From NCBI GenBank assembly GCA_031427895.1, contig JANPOH010000034.1, positions 1 to 39,603 of the forward strand: a DNA stretch of 39,603 bases, given 5' to 3'. The stretch comes from Betaproteobacteria bacterium (GTDB lineage: Bacteria > Pseudomonadota > Gammaproteobacteria > Burkholderiales > SG8-41). Shown one piece after another: positions 36,329 through 39,603 of this stretch. The notes below the pieces were generated by a model. That model worked only from the letters and a program-made list of their open reading frames with translations, was not told the DNA's origin and did not search any database. Within the stretch, counting starts at the first letter, position 1. Each line of letters starts with the position of its first letter. The translations under genes were made by a program, and so were the position numbers.

Positions 36329-36916
36329 TCACTGGTTCACCCGCTCGCGCAATTCAAGCCGTTTTTCCAACCGCGCCAAGTCATCGCGCAGCACATCAAC
36401 CTCGCGGATGAATTGCTCGACATCGGCGCGGCTGGCGATAAGCGGTTGCTCTTCCGTCCAGTATTCGGCGAAAGATCGCGCCAGATTGTCCGCGCCTTGC
36501 CGGCCCCAGGTGTCGAGTTTTCGTCCCGTTTCAACCATACGGTGCGCGGCGATATCGCCGAACACGCGGCTTAAATCTTCTTCAATATCCCACCGGATGT
36601 TGCGCGCGATTGTGTTTAACGCCGCGGCCAACCGCGGATCGCCCTCCACCGCGATGTCATTCCACGCGGAAGCATCGTGCGCGGCCAGGCGCAGCATCAC
36701 GCCGGGCGTCAGTTGAATCGTTACATCCGGCGCCGTGTCCGGCGCGGCTGCCGTTGCATCGCCCGCTTCGCCGATGCCGATCCGCATCATGAGCGGAAAG
36801 CAATCCACGCGAACCACTTTTGTCGCGAACGGACGCAGCCGTTCCAGCGCCCAACTGTTCTGCCGCAGCAGCCGGTTGATGGGGACGAGATAAAGCGGCG
36901 GCAGCGATGGGGTCAT
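36329..36916 (-). CDS. ubiJ: Ubiquinone biosynthesis accessory factor UbiJ (SCP2 domain)
   Basis: ATG at 36916 gives 195 aa, with an SCP2-like N-domain and a helical C-terminus. It lies between the Tim44-like gene and ubiB. The ORF-track GTG at 36943 lies inside a terminator hairpin. Confidence 0.8.
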   Translation of the reverse strand: MTPSLPPLYLVPINRLLRQNSWALERLRPFATKVVRVDCFPLMMRIGIGEAGDATAAAPDTAPDVTIQLTPGVMLRLAAHDASAWNDIAVEGDPRLAAALNTIARNIRWDIEEDLSRVFGDIAAHRMVETGRKLDTWGRQGADNLARSFAEYWTEEQPLIASRADVEQFIREVDVLRDDLARLEKRLELRERVNQ

Positions 36917-36923
36917 TGCAGAC

Positions 36924-36954
36924 AAAAAAACGCCCGGACTCACCGGGCGTTTTT
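36924..36954 (-). terminator. Intrinsic-terminator-like hairpin between the Tim44-like gene and ubiJ
   Basis: 7-bp GC stem CGCCCGG / CCGGGCG with a 5-nt loop, flanked by A7 (36924-36930) and T5 (36950-36954). On the minus strand the stem is followed by seven U. Confidence 0.7.
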
Positions 36955-36969
36955 CAGGGACGAAGTAAG

Positions 36970-37872
36970 TTACGAAACTTGCTGTATGCCCGACACTCTC
37001 CAGCCTGCGCGGCCGACGAGCGGTTTTTCAAGATGCCAGATTTCGTTCAGGTTGCTCAATACGCCGTTCTCGCGGATTTGGCCGGTGAAGCGCACGCTGA
37101 CAACGTAAAGATCGCCTTCGGTAACGACTTCGAGCACTTCGGACCTGAGGTCAACAGCCTCGGTTTTTTGCGGCGCGCCCCAAGCGGATTTCATTTCGCC
37201 TTCGAGTTCGCGATACAGCTCCGGCGTGAGGAAGTCGCGCAGCGTCGATGCGTCGCCTGCGTCGTTGGCGGCTTGCAGGCGCTCGAAATTCATTTTCGCC
37301 TGACGCTCGAACTCAGGGGCGTCGAAGTCAGCGGGCCAGCGGCTGGCCGGGGCTGCGTTCAAAGTCGATGCGCCGCCCAGTGTCGCGGCAAGCGAGCCGG
37401 GCGCGGCGTTGCCGGTGAACTGTGCCGGTTGCGGTTGCGGCGCGGGCGCGCTGGTGCTGCCGGCGCCGGCGTATCCCAACGGCGCTGTCTGGCCCGACGA
37501 CTTGTTGCGCGTGAGCATGCGGTAGATGAAATAACCCGCGCCCAGCAGCAGTGCGATCATCAGAATGCTGCCGATCATGCTGCCCAACGCGCCGCCCATG
37601 CCCATGCTGCTCAGGAGCGAGGCGATGCCGATACCGGCGGCCAGACCAGCCAGCGGGCCCATCCACTTGCTCATGCCGGAAGGGGCCGGCGCGGGCGTGG
37701 GTGCGGCTTGTTGTGCAGGAGCTGTTTTTTGTGCGGGCGCCGCTGAATTGCTGGTTGCGCTGCTGCTTTGGCGACCGGTGTTTTTGCCGCCGCCGACGCG
37801 CGCGGCTTCCGACTCCACCGCGACCATCGCGAAACCGAATGTAAGTACAAGAACTGCGAGCAGGGTTTTCAT
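36970..37872 (-). CDS. Tim44-like domain protein (ubi-cluster associated)
   Basis: 300 aa with a signal/anchor sequence, a low-complexity Ala/Pro/Gly region, a TM segment and a C-terminal Tim44-like domain (FDAPEFERQAKMNFERLQAANDAGD...WHLEKP). GGAGG lies 5 nt upstream of the ATG. Confidence 0.85.
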   Translation of the reverse strand: MKTLLAVLVLTFGFAMVAVESEAARVGGGKNTGRQSSSATSNSAAPAQKTAPAQQAAPTPAPAPSGMSKWMGPLAGLAAGIGIASLLSSMGMGGALGSMIGSILMIALLLGAGYFIYRMLTRNKSSGQTAPLGYAGAGSTSAPAPQPQPAQFTGNAAPGSLAATLGGASTLNAAPASRWPADFDAPEFERQAKMNFERLQAANDAGDASTLRDFLTPELYRELEGEMKSAWGAPQKTEAVDLRSEVLEVVTEGDLYVVSVRFTGQIRENGVLSNLNEIWHLEKPLVGRAGWRVSGIQQVS

Positions 37873-37905
37873 GCGTTCCTCCGTCTTGGGTTAGATTGCG
37901 ACGCT

Positions 37906-37933
37906 ATTATAGAGCGGGAAAATTACGGGTAAA
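37906..37933 (-). promoter_or_regulatory. Candidate sigma70 promoter for the Tim44-like/ubiJ/ubiB genes
   Basis: On the minus strand: TTTACC (-35), a 16-nt spacer and TATAAT (-10). The -10 element lies about 34 nt upstream of the ATG at 37872. Confidence 0.4.
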
Positions 37934-37963
37934 GCTGGATTTAAATTATCAATAAAAACAAAT

Positions 37964-37987
37964 ACTTACGATCAAACTTACGATCAA
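37964..37987. repeat. Perfect 12-nt tandem duplication spanning the ubiE stop codon
   Basis: ACTTACGATCAA ACTTACGATCAA. The second copy contains the ubiE TGA (37984-37986 on the minus strand). Confidence 0.9.
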
Positions 37988-38736
37988 AGTTTGTAGCCGC
38001 GATGCAGCGCAACCACGCCGCCGACCAGATTGAAATATTCGACCCGTTCGAGGCCCGCCTGTTCCATTAATTGTTTTAATGCTTGCTGATCGGGGTGCAT
38101 GCGAATCGACTCCGCCAGATAGCGGTAGCTGTCCGCGTCTTTGGTAATGACTTCGCCCATTTTCGGCAGCACGTTAAACGAATAGGCATCGTAAGCGCCT
38201 TGCAGCGGCTTCCACACGCGGCTGAATTCGAGTACCAGCAAGCGTCCGCCGGGGCGCAACACACGGAACATTTCCGCCAGCGCGGCGTCTTTGTGCGTCA
38301 TGTTGCGCAAGCCGAAGGCCACGCTGACGCAATCGAAGTGGTTGGATGCGAACGGCAGTTTTTCGGCGTCGCACTGCACGGCGGGCGCGAACACGCCGTC
38401 GTCGATCAGGCGGTCGCGGCCGATGCCCAGCATGGCGGCGTTAATGTCGGTGAGCACCACCGAGCCGGCGGGGCCGACGCGCCTGGCGAAGGCGCGCGAC
38501 AAATCCGCCGTGCCGCCGGCGACATCCAGCACGCGATCGCCCGCGCGCACATAACTTTGGCCGATGGTGAATTTTTTCCACAGCCGGTGCATGCCCGCCG
38601 ACATCAGATCGTTCATCACGTCGTAGCGGGCCGCCACCGAGGTGAAAACGCCTTCGACCTTGCGCGCTTTTTCGGACTCGGGCACCTGCTGGTAGCCGAA
38701 GTGCGTGGTGTCGCCGTTGCCGGAGACGTGGCTCAT
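37984..38736 (-). CDS. ubiE: Demethylmenaquinone / 2-methoxy-6-polyprenyl-1,4-benzoquinol methyltransferase
   Basis: 250 aa. SAM motif [11 protein letters not shown] and a C-terminal region typical of UbiE/MenG. Overlaps the DUF971 gene by 4 nt. Confidence 0.95.
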   Translation of the reverse strand: MSHVSGNGDTTHFGYQQVPESEKARKVEGVFTSVAARYDVMNDLMSAGMHRLWKKFTIGQSYVRAGDRVLDVAGGTADLSRAFARRVGPAGSVVLTDINAAMLGIGRDRLIDDGVFAPAVQCDAEKLPFASNHFDCVSVAFGLRNMTHKDAALAEMFRVLRPGGRLLVLEFSRVWKPLQGAYDAYSFNVLPKMGEVITKDADSYRYLAESIRMHPDQQALKQLMEQAGLERVEYFNLVGGVVALHRGYKL

Positions 38737-39107
38737 GCGGGATCCCGGCTTTGGCCCGCGGCCTCAAGCCGCTGCAAATACCCGGCCCACAGTTCGTCCT
38801 GCCGCAGGCCGTAGTCGTGGAGAATATCCCACGAATAAAGGCCCGTGTTGTGACCGTCGGAAAACGCCAATTGCACCGCGTAGTTGCCGACCGGCTCGAT
38901 GGTTTTAATGGCGACGTTTTTTTTGCCTACCTGTAACGTCTCTTGCCCCTTGCCGTGGCCGCGCACCTCGGCAGAGGGCGAATACACGCGCAAAAACTCG
39001 CACGGCAAATTAAAGGTGTTGCCGTCGTCGAACGAAATTTCGAGTATGCGCGAGACCTGGTGCAGCTTGATCTCGGTGGGCAGTGGCGAGGCTTTGGATG
39101 CGGTCAT
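38733..39107 (-). CDS. DUF971 (gamma-butyrobetaine hydroxylase N-terminal-like) protein
   Basis: 124 aa. [31 protein letters not shown] matches the DUF971 pattern. This family is commonly found directly upstream of ubiE. Confidence 0.8.
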   Translation of the reverse strand: MTASKASPLPTEIKLHQVSRILEISFDDGNTFNLPCEFLRVYSPSAEVRGHGKGQETLQVGKKNVAIKTIEPVGNYAVQLAFSDGHNTGLYSWDILHDYGLRQDELWAGYLQRLEAAGQSRDPA

Positions 39108-39110
39108 GGT

Positions 39111-39142
39111 GATGCGCGTCCGTTGGAGGCAGGACGCGCATC
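39111..39142 (-). promoter_or_regulatory. Perfect 11-bp inverted repeat ending 3 nt before the DUF971 start codon
   Basis: GATGCGCGTCC (39111-39121), a 10-nt loop, then GGACGCGCATC (39132-39142). On the minus strand the hairpin is followed by ACC ATG. Confidence 0.5.
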
Positions 39143-39207
39143 ATAACCGAGCGGCGGTGCGCGGGAAAGCGGTTGCAGGTTGCCGCCGCGCCGTTGACCA
39201 AGATCGA

Positions 39208-39603
39208 CTAGGACGAAGCGCCTTCCACCATGACGATACTGGCGCGGTCGAAATCCGCGCCGCGCTCGATCAACGCCAGCAGCTTGGCGACCTGCTTTTT
39301 TTCGCCCTGCAATTCGATCATGCGCCCGGCCTGAAACCAGCCCGCCGGCAGCACCACGCACATGGGCGTGGCGGGCATCGCCACTTCCGGCAGCAGCAGC
39401 GCTTGCTCGAAACCCAGTTTGCCGGGCAGATTAAAGTTTGACGGCCGCACCGAAATGGCTTTCGGCGTGCCCTGAAACATACGCAGGCCGCATTGGCATT
39501 CGTTCTGTTCATTGACGCGGATCCACTGCACGGTGCCGAGTCGCGCGGCGCCGTCGGCGCCGCGTTTGACCGCCAGCAACTGATTGTGGCTCATGCGCAG
39601 CAG
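39208..39603 (-). CDS. Hypothetical protein, C-terminal part (the ORF runs off the right edge of the window)
   Basis: The frame stays open to the last base of the window (..LLRMSHNQLL..), so the Met at 39594 need not be the start. I recognise no motif with confidence; a PilZ-like beta-barrel is only a guess. Confidence 0.4.
   Translation of the reverse strand: MLRMSHNQLLAVKRGADGAARLGTVQWIRVNEQNECQCGLRMFQGTPKAISVRPSNFNLPGKLGFEQALLLPEVAMPATPMCVVLPAGWFQAGRMIELQGEKKQVAKLLALIERGADFDRASIVMVEGASS

Overview
GC-rich chromosomal window with about 41 protein-coding genes. I found no rRNA, tRNA, CRISPR array, transposase or integrase. Gene order resembles core Betaproteobacteria-type chromosome (inference from synteny only). 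Left to right: gatC-gatA-gatB (minus strand); mreB-mreC-mreD-mrdA-rodA-rlpA; aceE-aceF; nadD-rsfS-rlmH-maf-rng; a PLD/ClsB-like gene; yggT-proC-yggS (minus), divergent from pilT-pilU; a TauE/SafE permease. A tightly packed minus-strand run follows: THUMP RNA methyltransferase, signal-peptide HIRAN protein, hemJ, ABC-2 exporter pair, alpha/beta hydrolase, 2Fe-2S ferredoxin and a VanZ-like protein. Next is a DHH phosphoesterase (plus). The window ends with another minus-strand run: a repeat-built membrane protein, an SSF symporter, ubiB, ubiJ, a Tim44-like gene, ubiE, a DUF971 gene and a partial ORF at the right edge. I do not see a convincing new multi-gene system: there is no defence, toxin, secretion or mobile-element cassette. 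The gene list leaves these features unexplained. (i) A family of heptanucleotide tandem arrays (GTGAGGC-type units, often as inverted pairs) sits in three or four intercistronic spacers. (ii) A 0.68-kb low-GC patch (25013-25693) carries a frame-broken orphan ORF. (iii) A HIRAN (DNA 3'-end binding fold) protein has a Sec signal peptide. (iv) RsfS carries a 64-residue Lys/Ala/Pro-rich tail. (v) Several short regulatory-looking repeats and hairpins occur: 11-bp phased repeats upstream of mreB, an intrinsic terminator inside the ubi cluster, perfect tandem duplications at two gene ends, and a recurring AT-rich palindrome. Many long ORFs in the six-frame track are antisense shadow ORFs typical of high-GC DNA and were rejected.
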